A DNA stretch of 39,385 bases from Thraustochytrium aureum. Taxonomy: Eukaryota. Positions 11,443 to 22,030 of this stretch are shown here, piece by piece; the first letter of the stretch is position 1; the number at the start of each line of letters is the position of its first letter. The stretch covers positions 23,225-62,609 of the forward strand of contig BLSG01000235.1 of assembly GCA_012862495.1 (NCBI GenBank), given 5' to 3'. The position numbers and the translations under genes are program-made. The notes under the pieces were generated by a model. That model did no database searches, was not told the origin of the DNA, and saw nothing but the letters and a program-made list of their open reading frames with translations.

Positions 11443-11621
11443 GGCGTTTAGGCGAGCTGGCGACAGGCCTGCTAGCTCTGCTGGCTGGATCTGCGACTTG
11501 CCGTTCGCCGAGTATGTGGTCAGGAAGCGCGCGCGCAAGGACGCGATTTCCTTCGAGGATCTTGAAAGAGCGCGGGCGTTTAGGCGAGCTGGCGACGGGC
11601 CTGCTGGCTCCTGCTGGCTGG
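11443..11621. repeat. Imperfect 46-47 bp direct repeat pair (11443-11488 and 11575-11621)
   Basis: GGCGTTTAGGCGAGCTGGCGACRGGCCTGCTRGCTC(C)TGCTGGCTGG occurs twice, with starts 132 bp apart. Confidence 0.85.
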
Positions 11622-12985
11622 TTGGGGGGCTTTTCACCGTTCGGCACGTCACCGTGGCGGGATGGGTTCCATGACAGAGCGCGCCAGCGTGTCTGGCGTC
11701 AGCGGCAGACGGACTGGATGACGTTCAAGCTGCCTACGTGGTTGACGGCTTCAAATGTTGGCCGGTAAAGAAGCCACTTTTCGCTGGCTACGACAAAGAC
11801 GACACTGTCTCCGCCGCAGTTGTTTGCAAGCACGTTTGCGCTGGCGGCTCAGCGTTGGCTGTTCTCTCAACGTAGGCTCGTGAACGAGTTGGAACGTCTT
11901 GGCAGAGGTCGTGCTCATGGTTTTGGCGTGCCCAAGCAGCTCATGAGCGCGGAAGGGGCATCTCACGGACGCGGGGCTGCTGAGTGGCATGACTCTAGCA
12001 AGAGCGCGGCGACCGGCGTGTTCTCGTGTCACCAGCTACAAGCATCCGCTTTGATTTGAACTGGGTACCTGTGTACTCTGGTACCGGTACTCGGACGTTC
12101 CAGTTACAGATTTTATTTTTCCGAAAAGCCGGTCCCCTGCACGTCCCCTGCACTTTCAGAGAGGCGCTCGCGCCACCTCATTTCCCCGCGAGGTAGCAAT
12201 CGTGGCAGTTTCGCCGCCCCTGACAGACCGGTGTCCTTTCTGAACTCGAACACAGTCGAGGTTCCCGGCCGCACGCACCTCTGCGCGGATTCAAGTTGGC
12301 GGAACTCACGTCTCGCTCTCCTGCCAGCGCGCCAGCAAGCGACCAATAAATACTCTCACTGGCAGGCACTACGAAGTACCTACATAACATACTCCTCACT
12401 CCTTGCCAAGTGGTACTAGCTCCACTAGCTTCACNNNNNNNNNNNNNNNNNNNNNNNNNNNNNNNNNNNNNNNNNNNNNNNNNNNNNNNNNNNNNNNNNN
12501 NNNNNNNNNNNNNNNNNNNNNNNNNNNNNNNNNNNNNNNNNNNNNNNNNNNNNNNNNNNNNNNNNNNNNNNNNNNNNNNNNNNNNNNNNNNNNNNNNNNN
12601 NNNNNNNNNNNNNNNNNNNNNNNNNNNNNNNNNNNNNNNNNNNNNNNNNNNNNNNNNNNNNNNNNNNNNNNNNNNNNNNNNNNNNNNNNNNNNNNNNNNN
12701 NNNNNNNNNNNNNNNNNNNNNNNNNNNNNNNNNNNNNNNNNNNNNNNNNNNNNNNNNNNNNNNNNNNNNNNNNNNNNNNNNNNNNNNNNNNNNNNNNNNN
12801 NNNNNNNNNNNNNNNNNNNNNNNNNNNNNNNNNNNNNNNNNNNNNNNNNNNNNNNNNNNNNNNNNNNNNNNNNNNNNNNNNNNNNNNNNNNNNNNNNNNN
12901 NNNNNNNNNNNNNNNNNNNNNNNNNNNNNNNNNNNNNNNNNNNNNNNNNNNNNNNNNNNNNNNNNNNNNNNNNNNNNNNNNNNNN

Positions 12986-14598
12986 CAACTGCGCGCGTCC
13001 CGCGTTTGGTGGAGCCCCGAGCACAACAGGTGCCTCGGAATGGTGGCTCGCAAGATGGGCATGAAAGCCCGCTCCGCCAACACGGCGGCAGCAAACGCAG
13101 CCAACGACCCCGGCGGCCGCCACGGCTTCGAGGGCCACTGGCTCGCTCTGGTGGAGCGGCCGAGCCCTGGCCCCATCAAAGACAAGACGGTGATCCGCAC
13201 ATACATCCTTGACAAGGCGCCGAGCCTGGTCCAGTTCTGGCACGTCATGGAGAAGAAGCGCCCCTCCAGCGCAGGCCTCGCCGTTCCGCGGCACCTGGTA
13301 GACGGAGCCTCCCCAGACTCGGCCACCTCGCACGCCATCAAGCTCCAGAGCTCGGCCGATTTCGAAACCAAGCTGGGGTCCATGCCCGACGACCCGCACC
13401 ACTATGAGGCGCCCTTTGATGAGTTTGGCCTAGTTGAGCCTGCCTATGGCGTGGGCGCCGTTGATCCAGGCACCGCAGGCCTGGGCGTCAACGGCCAGGC
13501 GGGTTGGGGGACGCAAGTGCCTTTCCCGTCGCGCCGGACGACAGAGGCCTGGGAGGCAGGACCTCTGCGGCGGCCTCCCTGGCGTCGCCTCTGCCCTCGG
13601 CGCCGCTGCCGCACGCGCCCAGCGCGCCGAGCGGAAGCAAGAGCCCGGCTTACCAACACCTTGACGAGAACTCGGACGTTCTGCAGGACAGCGATTTTTA
13701 CGCGCCGAAGCGGGCCAGGAGCGACAACGGCAACCCTGACGCGAGCCGTGAGGGCCCGCACGAGGAGACTGACGAGGATGTTGGCGAGCTCTCCTTCCTG
13801 GTCGACGTTCTCGACGAGAAAGACCAACTCGAGGCGCTGTACGGCGCGAGCGCATCGGCGCCTGGGTCGGGATTCAGCCCGCGCGCATCCAGCCTTCGGC
13901 GCGCCTCCTCCGGGTCGTCCGCACCGGCCCCGGTGGTGCCCTCGGGCGCGGCGCAGTACGGGGCGGTCGACGGGCCAACCACTGGCGACCGGGGAAGCGC
14001 GATGGACGCTTCGCTCGTCGCCTACGAGATTTTCCGCAGCGTCTGTGAGACATTCACGGCGGAGGAGTTTCGTCGCTGGTACGACCTTTACGCGCGGACG
14101 CTATTCCTTCCAAATGTGGCTCGCGGGCTCAAGTACTTTTTGGACCGTGGAGACCCTAGGCTGCGGCCCGACTTTATGTTTACCTCGAACTGCATGTTCC
14201 TCCCGGACGTTCCAGTGGGCACCGTCAAGTATTCGGGAAGCTACGCGCGCGGGTTCAAGGTGGTTTCAGTGGGCGACCAGCTCAAGGAGCTGCTCAACTT
14301 CCCGCAGGACTACCAGTCCACCACAGACCTGTACGAGCAGCTGATAGAGTCCAAGATGATGCTGCTGTGCCAGCACCTGTACTTTAAGCAGATGGTCGCG
14401 CAAGGTGAGCTCGACCCGCGCGACTACTGGTTCCATACCATCGTCAAGCTTGGCAATGGCAAGCGAATGGTGACGCGAGGGTACAGCCGTGTTGAGAGCA
14501 GCTGGGGGAGCGTGGACGAGGAGATCCGCACGCTTCAGCTGCAGGACGTTTCTGAAGCCTATGGCGAGATTCTCGACCTCCCGCCATTGCCCTGCTAG
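12986..14598 (+). CDS. Hypothetical regulator with possible CG-1-like N-terminal and PAS-like C-terminal domains; 5' end in gap, frameshift near 13505
   Basis: ORF 12410 frame is protein-like up to the G-run near 13505, then continues in ORF 13504-14598. The C-terminus VVSVGDQLKELLNF...IVKLGNGKRMVTRGYSRV...LQLQDVSE resembles a PAS/PAC beta scaffold. Confidence 0.7.
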
Positions 14599-14946
14599 AG
14601 CTGTAACGGGAGTCGCGCGTGCGACTGCTGCTGGCGGGAGCACCGTGTTTCCGGGGTTTGTGCAGGCGCGTGCTGCCAAACCCAACGGGGCTTTTGCTTC
14701 GAGGAATGCAAGGCGATCGAGTTGGGGCCTTGCCTTGTGCACTCGAGCTCTATGAAGAGTGGAGTTTTGATTGCGAGCGTAGCGAGGCAAGGCAAGCGGC
14801 CCTGGCGCCTTACCGCCGTTTCGCGACTCTGCCGTCGAGGCGTAGACAGTGACAGAGGCAGAATGACATAACTCGTGACCTCGGACTGCTATTCGCGACA
14901 CAACAGTATTGCAGTGAAACCTTCACCTTATGGTAGTATGCAAATG

Positions 14947-14992
14947 GAATGAATGAATGAATGAATGAAGGAAAGAAAGAAGGAAAGAAAGA
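14947..14992. repeat. Compound (GAAT)n/(GAAA,GAAG)n microsatellite between convergent genes
   Basis: gaatgaatgaatgaatgaatgaaggaaagaaagaaggaaagaaaga. Confidence 0.85.
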
Positions 14993-15088
14993 GATTTTTG
15001 AATCGGTTCTCGCGCCCCGAGCTCGTTGGCGGCTCCCCGCGCCGTCAGGGCGATTCATCGTGAGGCACCGTCATGCTGCCGCCCTCAC

Positions 15089-18000
15089 TTAGACTTTGGC
15101 CTCGGCATCCGCCGGGTCGCTGTCGTCATTCTGGCGCTGCTGACGTAGCTCCTGGAATTGGTGGTGATGCACCGGCCGCGTCTCGCGGCGGGGCCGGTGG
15201 GAGCGGCTGAAGACAACGGTCGAAGTCGCGGGCCCACCGTACCGGTTGTTCATGTTGTCGAAGAGCAAGCCTGGAACTATCCCCCATGTGGAGCAGGTAC
15301 TCACATGATGGCCGCGGATCTGGCAGCGCGAGCAGTGGTCGCGCGAGCTCGTAGCAGGCGGGTTGGTGAGTTCGCCCACGATGGCTTCCACCTCGGTCCC
15401 GCGAACGTGCTCCATGAAGCCAGGCGGCACGGAGAGAGTGTGCATGCGCTTCTTCTTGCGGCCGAGGCCGTTGACGAGCACGATGTCGGGGTGGTCAAGC
15501 GCGAGCGGCGGCAGGATAGACCGGTCGGGCGTCAGCGTGCGCACCGAGCCTAGCGGAGGCAAGTTGATGCGGGTCGCTTCGTCCACGGCGAGCTTCATCG
15601 TCACATTGGAGAGCGCGCTGCTGATCATGGTGCGGGACGGGCGCGCCTCGTACTGGGCGACCGCGAGCGCGTGGACGCAGGGGAGGCCCGTGGCCTGGGC
15701 CCTGCCGCACGTGCAGCGCATGCCGGGCCTGCCCGTGAGCTCTTTGACGACCGAGGTCAAGCTCGGGTTTTCCACCGCGCCCACGAGCCAGGATATCCCC
15801 TCCAGCCCGTTCTCGTCGCTCTGGTACTTGCTCAACACTTGGAAGGACTGTGGCGCGCAGAGTTCCATGACAGCCATGACGCGGTTGAGCACGACGCCGG
15901 GGAAGGCGTCAGGGGCAAGCCTGTTGCTGACCTCCTCGCCGCCGCGAAACGACTCAAACTCGCGGATGCGGCCCGCCCAGCCTTGCTCGATATGCTCAAA
16001 GATCTCCTCGAGCATCTTGGGGATAGGGAGGCGCAGCGTCTTGGAGGAGATCTCGTGCCAGTCGATGAGGTCGTAGGCGTGGCCGACGCTCGCGGTGCTC
16101 ATGTCCATGTCCGGCACGAGCGAGCCGTACGCGTTTGCCCCGGTCAGGGTCGCGGAGATCGCCACGGTAAGCTCGCTCCCCACTGTCGTGGCGCTGGAGA
16201 CGGGCGCGAGGCCGCCGGGAAAGAGGACCGCAGCGCCTTGCATCACCCCGTTCTGGCGCGCCGTGGTTCGCTTCTGGATGAGCGTGGTCAAGCCATAGTT
16301 GGACCGCCCCGCCTCGTTGACGATGTGCGCCGTGGCCCAGGCCTTGGCCGGGTAGCGCTTGCAGGCCAAGGCCGTGGCCGGTGAGTTGGACTCCATGTGG
16401 CGCAGCAGGCTCTGGTGCTCGGCCAAAGAAGGCGCGAGGGCGCATGGCAAAAAGTAGGCCCTGAGCGCCGACTTGGTCGACGTGCTGATCGGCTTGGAGG
16501 GGCCCTCGGCGAGCTGCTGCATGTTGGTCGGAAGCTCGTCCGCAGGGGTGAGCAGGCGCTCGACCATGCTGGCGAGGCAAACAGCGTGGTGCGCGTTCGG
16601 CAGCACGGCCGCAACGGCGCCCTGGATCCCGTTGTCCCAATTGGAGATGACCACGCAGTCGGCGGCCTGGCAAAACGAGGGGTAGTCGTTGCGGAGGTTG
16701 CGCAGAAAGAAGACCCAGTTTTGCTCGTTCTCGGCGCTCGCGTGCCCGTAGGCGAGGGCGATTGCTCCGTTGTCGGGGGCGACCGTCATGGCGCTCATGA
16801 GACAGCCTCGGTACTTGCCGAGGCAGGGCTCGGCGTGCAGCGAGATGACGTGCTGGGCCAGGTGCCTTGCGCCGCGCACGCTCGAACCAGGAGCCACGTA
16901 GCTGCGGTAGTAGATCGTCTGGTCCTCGGTCGCCGTCGCGCGCCGCTTGAGGTCCTGCAGCGAGGTGGAGGCGACCTGCGTGACGGAGCGCTTCTCGCCA
17001 AGCTCCGTGGGGCCAGGGCGGCGCGCCACGGTGCGCAGAGAGGGCCGCCCGCGGGGGTCCACGGCCTGGGGCATGGCGTCGGGCGAAATGTCCATGCCCT
17101 CGAGGCCACCGGGCCGGACGATATCCATTACGCTGTTTTCGTCCTGCGTGACCTGCCTGGCCACACGTGCTGCCTCTGAGGAGCTAAATTCTCTGCTCGC
17201 CAGAGTGATGATCGGCGCATCTGTCTCGGGGAACTCGAAAAATTTGCTGAGCAGGATGCTGCGCACCAGGTTGGTGTCAGGCACAAGGCCCTGGATCACG
17301 GCGTTTGCGTCGGGATCGAGGGCGTTGACGCGGCCAGCGAACGGGGGCACCGAAGAAAAGTCGTCGTGGTTGGTGACGCCCATTTGAAGAAGCGCCTCTT
17401 CGAGGACGCGCCGCGCCGTGCTGTCCGTCATGTTGGGACAGCCGATTTCCTCGAGCGTGGCGACCTTCTTCTTGACCTCGTCCACCGTGGCGACCAGTGG
17501 GTCGTCTGTTGCGTTGAGCCAACTCATGACATGCTTGACGATCACGTTGTTGAGGTACGCCGACTTCATGCGGGTGCCCACGTTGCGCCGCTTTCGGTTC
17601 GGGTCGTTGGGGTCATCCATGCCCTGCATATCCTCCTCGTGCTCGGCGCGAGAGCGCGTCCTGCTGCCGGCCATGGCGGCCGCCGGGAGCATGGTGGAGG
17701 CCGCGGACAGGGTTTCGGGGCCACCCATCTGCCCGGGCAAGGGCATGGGCGGGGGAGGGCCCTCCAACCCGCTGCCCTCGTCGCCAGTGTTGACGCGGCG
17801 GTGGTGCTGGGTGTGCTGCTTGAGCAGCTGGCGCTGTTGGTGGTGGTGGTGCTGGTGGCTCCGCGACTCCTCTGGGATCGAGATGTCTGCGGAGGAGCAA
17901 CTGTGCTTGAGGTCGCTCACCGTGATAATCCATGGAGCGTCTTCGTACTCGGGCTTGAGCGAGCAGCGGGCTTTGATGCGGAATGGGCAGTCGGAGGTCC

Positions 18001-18202
18001 GCTGGCCGCACCGGAGCAGCATCTTTTGCTTGTCTGACTTGCGCGCAAAAAACGCCTTGTCGGGGCCTTCGTGCAGCGTGCTGTTGTACTTGCGGTGAAG
18101 CAAGTAGACGTGCGCGTAAATATCATCCTTGGAGACGTGGCGTGTGCCCACGGCGAGCTCCTCCCCGATGCCTTCGACGCTCAGGGCGAGCTGCGCGTCC
18201 AT
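15089..18202 (-). CDS. Mutator/MULE transposase-derived protein, 1037 aa: WRKY/FAR1-like zinc finger, MULE domain, SWIM finger and CCHC knuckle; catalytic residues degenerate
   Basis: CGQRTSDCPFRIKA...WIIT...HSC; GKYRGCLMSAMTVAPDNGAIALAYG..SAENEQNWVFFL..L; VVISNWDNGI..AV..VLPNAHHAVC; CTCG.AQ.TGLPCVHALAV; CSRCQIRGHHVSTC. Uninterrupted ORF. Confidence 0.9.
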   Translation of the reverse strand: MDAQLALSVEGIGEELAVGTRHVSKDDIYAHVYLLHRKYNSTLHEGPDKAFFARKSDKQKMLLRCGQRTSDCPFRIKARCSLKPEYEDAPWIITVSDLKHSCSSADISIPEESRSHQHHHHQQRQLLKQHTQHHRRVNTGDEGSGLEGPPPPMPLPGQMGGPETLSAASTMLPAAAMAGSRTRSRAEHEEDMQGMDDPNDPNRKRRNVGTRMKSAYLNNVIVKHVMSWLNATDDPLVATVDEVKKKVATLEEIGCPNMTDSTARRVLEEALLQMGVTNHDDFSSVPPFAGRVNALDPDANAVIQGLVPDTNLVRSILLSKFFEFPETDAPIITLASREFSSSEAARVARQVTQDENSVMDIVRPGGLEGMDISPDAMPQAVDPRGRPSLRTVARRPGPTELGEKRSVTQVASTSLQDLKRRATATEDQTIYYRSYVAPGSSVRGARHLAQHVISLHAEPCLGKYRGCLMSAMTVAPDNGAIALAYGHASAENEQNWVFFLRNLRNDYPSFCQAADCVVISNWDNGIQGAVAAVLPNAHHAVCLASMVERLLTPADELPTNMQQLAEGPSKPISTSTKSALRAYFLPCALAPSLAEHQSLLRHMESNSPATALACKRYPAKAWATAHIVNEAGRSNYGLTTLIQKRTTARQNGVMQGAAVLFPGGLAPVSSATTVGSELTVAISATLTGANAYGSLVPDMDMSTASVGHAYDLIDWHEISSKTLRLPIPKMLEEIFEHIEQGWAGRIREFESFRGGEEVSNRLAPDAFPGVVLNRVMAVMELCAPQSFQVLSKYQSDENGLEGISWLVGAVENPSLTSVVKELTGRPGMRCTCGRAQATGLPCVHALAVAQYEARPSRTMISSALSNVTMKLAVDEATRINLPPLGSVRTLTPDRSILPPLALDHPDIVLVNGLGRKKKRMHTLSVPPGFMEHVRGTEVEAIVGELTNPPATSSRDHCSRCQIRGHHVSTCSTWGIVPGLLFDNMNNRYGGPATSTVVFSRSHRPRRETRPVHHHQFQELRQQRQNDDSDPADAEAKV

Positions 18203-18294
18203 CGCTGCCCTCTTGCTCGCTCCACCGTGTTGTCCGCTCGGTCGTGCGCCGGCCTGTTCGGCGGCGGGTCAGTCAGTCGGTCGTTCGGCCGGTG

Positions 18295-18342
18295 GGCCTG
18301 GCGGACGGGCGGCCTGGCGGACGGGCGGCCTGGCGGACGGGC
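18295..18342. repeat. 16-bp tandem repeat x3 just upstream of the MULE-derived gene
   Basis: GGCCTGGCGGACGGGC at 18295, 18311 and 18327. Confidence 0.9.
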
Positions 18343-19009
18343 GACCTGCGCAGCAGTCCGCTTGCGCGCACTAGCTCGCCGGTGGGGCGGGGGCGCTCGT
18401 TGGGAACGTGGTCGATTGGATGGGGGTCTACTGCCCCCGCCTGTCTGCTGGTGGCAGTTGGGCAATGGCGAACTGCGCTGCCTCCTCCTGCTCCTCACGC
18501 GCTTCTCGCCCACTGCCCGCTACCCGGCACAATACACGACCCGGCCGAACGCAACCCCCCCAGCAAAGCGGCTTTTTCCCCAGTGCCGACCTCCGACGCG
18601 AGCAGCCGCAGGGGGGAAGATTACTACCAGACACGGGGTGCGGTGGATTTTTCCCCTCGGGGAATCTCGCGCTGCCAGAACACCAATCTCACTCAGAAAC
18701 AAACAGAGTACTCAGACTACCTACATAAGTTTACCTCTTGCTTCCGGCCTTCCTTCCTTCTCTATCTCTCTGCAGAACACCTATTGTTTTCTTTTGATTC
18801 TTTCACACTTTCGCATCCGTTTCAGTTTCAAACAGAATCAGTTTCACAGAATTCGGTTTTCTTCATAAACTCAGAATTGAAGTTCATTCAGAATTCACAG
18901 CGTTCAGAAACTGTGAACCGGCAGAAGAGAGAGAGAAGGTGAAGCACCACGTGAGGAGCAGGCGGTCCCCCTGCCAGGCAGAGAGCGAGATGCCAGACAA
19001 GACAATCAC

Positions 19010-19061
19010 GCAGGCAGGCAGGCAAGCAGGAAGGCAGGCAGGCAGGCAGGCAGGCAGGCAG
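19010..19061. repeat. (GCAG)n microsatellite
   Basis: Imperfect gcaggcaggcag run. Confidence 0.9.
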
Positions 19062-19358
19062 AGAAGAGCGCCTCTGTTTCCAGGTTTGCCCGCGAGCGGC
19101 CGGCCAGCTGAGAGAGCACAGAGCGAGGGGGGAATCGAACAGGCGTGCAAAGCGAGCGAACGAGCAGCGACTTGCAGCGCCGCCCGCTTTCCGCGGACGC
19201 GCGCCCGCCCCCCGCTGCGTGGCTCGCTGCCAGCAAGCCGCCAGGCGCGAACAGCACGCACACCGCGCCTGGGACAGCGCGACGGCGCTGCAAGGCAGAG
19301 GCCGCGGCGTCACTTGGTCGTACCGGGTCGAGGACGGCGCTGTTGCGGCCGCGCGACC

Positions 19359-20685
19359 ATGAACCCCAACAACGTGGCGGTTCCGCCGCCGCCACAATAC
19401 ACAAGGGAGCGCGGGCGGTCCAACAGCAACGCAGCGCTCATGTCCGGACGGCTCCGCGCCGCGTCGGAAATGCGGCAACAAGGCGTCATTTCCGAGGACG
19501 AGAAAGCCCAAATCAAGCACATGATCCTGAGCGACCCGTCGTTCCGCGAGCAGTTTGATAATGCGCGCAAAACCGGAGACCTCACAGCCATCAAGAAGGT
19601 CCTCGCCAAAGTGCCCGAAATACAGGACCTGATGCTGTCCGACATGACCGACATGAACCTGGGTGTAGACGACCTCTCGTTCTTGGACGACTTTGGTGCG
19701 GACCACGTGTGGGCCCAGCACTCGCAAGGCCGTGCCCCCCCCCTCCGCGATGACCGCCAAGCCGCCGCCACCGGGTGGCATGATGCCTGTGCAGCAGCAC
19801 AGGCAATCTGTGGGATTCGGCGCCGAGCTGAGCCGACTCTCCATGCCAACACAAGCCAAAGGACAAATCCTCGACCCCCAGCCCGGCGGGAGGAGGTCGC
19901 CCTGGAATGCACCCGGCCCCCCACCCGTCGATGGCGCCGGGGTCTCCTGGTTATACGCGCAAACGACAGGCCTCTCGGTCCATGCCTGCTCAAGGCATGC
20001 ACAAAGTGGCAGCCGCCTCTCAGCACGGCAGCATTGCCATGCCACCAGGAGACGCGGCGCGGAACGGGATGGCCGGACCGGGCCACGCACGGCGCCAGAG
20101 CCGGCCTCTGGAGATCCACGCGTCGCTGTTCCGCGGAGCCCCGGGCATGGGCCATGGTGCAGGGCCCGGGGGGATGCCAGGCGGGATGGGGACGCACTCG
20201 CAGCAGCGCAGCTCGGAAGGGTCGGCATCAAGCTAGAAGGGAGCCACGCGGCGGCGGCTATGAATCCCGCCTACGCGGCGGGCCGCGGGCCGCCGGGCGG
20301 CATGCCGCAGCAGCAAGCCCTGGCGCACTCCCCTTTCGGCAACAAAATGTCCCAACTCGACAGCCACCTGGACGGCGAGGACTTGTACGGGGACGACGGG
20401 AAACTGGCAAAGTCGCGCAAGAACGAGCGCGAGCGCAAGCGGCGTCTCGCCGTGACGCAGGGATTTGACGAGCTGTACAAGCTCCTGAAAAGAATGGAGG
20501 AGGACCGGCAGAGCTCGGGGGAGAAAGATGTTGGCCTGTCTATTATCGCCACTTCCAAGCTCGACAAGGCAAGTATCCTGCGCAACAGCATTGAAAAGAT
20601 ACAGGGTCTGGAAAACCAGATCCGGGCGCTGCAGGGCGAGAACAGCCGGCTTCGAGACCTGATCGCCTCCAATAGCAGGTCTTAG
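19359..20685 (+). CDS. bHLH-leucine zipper transcription factor, frameshifted
   Basis: ATG at 19359 (MNPNN). C-terminus SRKNERERKRRLAVTQGFDELYKLL...KLDKASILRNSIEKIQGLENQIRALQGENSRLRDL is a bHLH-ZIP. Needs a shift near the 19735-19743 C-run and probably two compensating shifts around ORF 19907-20236. Confidence 0.88.
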
Positions 20686-21473
20686 TGTTTGGGGTGCNNN
20701 NNNNNNNNNNNNNNNNNNNNNNNNNNNNNNNNNNNNNNNNNNNNNNNNNNNNNNNNNNNNNNNNNNNNNNNNNNNNNNNNNNNNNNNNNNNNNNNNNNNN
20801 NNNNNNNNNNNNNNNNNNNNNNNNNNNNNNNNNNNNNNNNNNNNNNNNNNNNNNNNNNNNNNNNNNNNNNNNNNNNNNNNNNNNNNNNNNNNNNNNNNNN
20901 NNNNNNNNNNNNNNNNNNNNNNNNNNNNNNNNNNNNNNNNNNNNNNNNNNNNNNNNNNNNNNNNNNNNNNNNNNNNNNNNNNNNNNNNNNNNNNNNNNNN
21001 NNNNNNNNNNNNNNNNNNNNNNNNNNNNNNNNNNNNNNNNNNNNNNNNNNNNNNNNNNNNNNNNNNNNNNNNNNNNNNNNNNNNNNNNNNNNNNNNNNNN
21101 NNNNNNNNNNNNNNNNNNNNNNNNNNNNNNNNNNNNNNNNNNNNNNNNNNNNNNNNNNNNNNNNNNNNNNNNNNNNNNNNNNNNNNNNNNNNNNNNNNNN
21201 NNNNNNNNNNNNNNNNNNNNNNNNNNNNNNNNNNNNNNNNNNNNNNNNNNNNNNNNNNNNNNNNNNNNNNNNNNNNNNNNNNNNNNNNNNNNNNNNNNNN
21301 NNNNNNNNNNNNNNNNNNNNNNNNNNNNNNNNNNNNNNNNNNNNNNNNNNNNNNNNNNNNNNNNNNNNNNNNNNNNNNNNNNNNNNNNNNNNNNNNNNNN
21401 NNNNNNNNNNNNNNNNNNNNNNNNNNNNNNNNNNCTGAAAGTGCTTGAGCGGCATCCTTGCTGCTGCGTTCCT

Positions 21474-21535
21474 ACTGCCTCTGCCTGCCTGCCTGCCTGC
21501 CTGCCTGCTTGCGTGCCTGCCTGCCTGCCTGCCTG
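21474..21535. repeat. (CTGC)n microsatellite
   Basis: Imperfect ctgcctgcctgc run. Confidence 0.9.
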
Positions 21536-22030
21536 ACTCCGCTGCGTGTCTGCCACCTGCCACTGCCTCCGCCCCCGCGCCCCGTGCCCCTCCGCCCTCG
21601 AAGTGTCCTCCTGGTCCCGCGTGTGGCCAGCCGCTGTGTCCGCCCTTCGGCCGCCATCGAACTCGCCTTGCGCGCCCTAACCCCTACCCTAGACCTGGTC
21701 AGGGTTGGCCCTCTATTTCGCGCTCTCTTTGCGGAGCGAGAGAAGGGGAGGAAAGAAGCCAGCGCGCTCGGCAACGCGGACGGGCAACCCACTTTGTCGC
21801 GTGATTGATCATGATTGGAAACCTACTACTAGTAGTCCCTCCAGCAGGCGGCGCAGCGGCAGACCCCGAAGGCCGCTGCACGCGCAGACCCAAGCTGAGG
21901 AGAAGGCAGAGGAGAGGAGAGGAGAGAAGGCAGAACAGGGCTGGCCGTGAGAGGCACCAAGCAGTTCGCGCTCCACGCGAGTCTCCTCCACGCGGCCGCC
22001 ACGCAAGCGAGCTCGAACTGAAGAGCGCAC

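Noticed and set aside
18496..18502. CACGCGC (FHY3/FAR1 binding site) upstream of the MULE-derived gene
   Set aside because: A GC-rich 7-mer is expected by chance here, and there is no reason to assume shared specificity.
14600..19000. Active Mutator element with TIRs
   Set aside because: No long inverted repeats or 9-bp TSD visible by eye, and catalytic residues are lost.
19010..21535. (GCAG)n and (CTGC)n tracts as inverted termini flanking the bHLH gene
   Set aside because: Common simple repeat; similarity does not extend beyond the tetramer.
21675..21692. Telomere-like CCCTAA CCCCTA CCCTAG
   Set aside because: Only three degenerate units.
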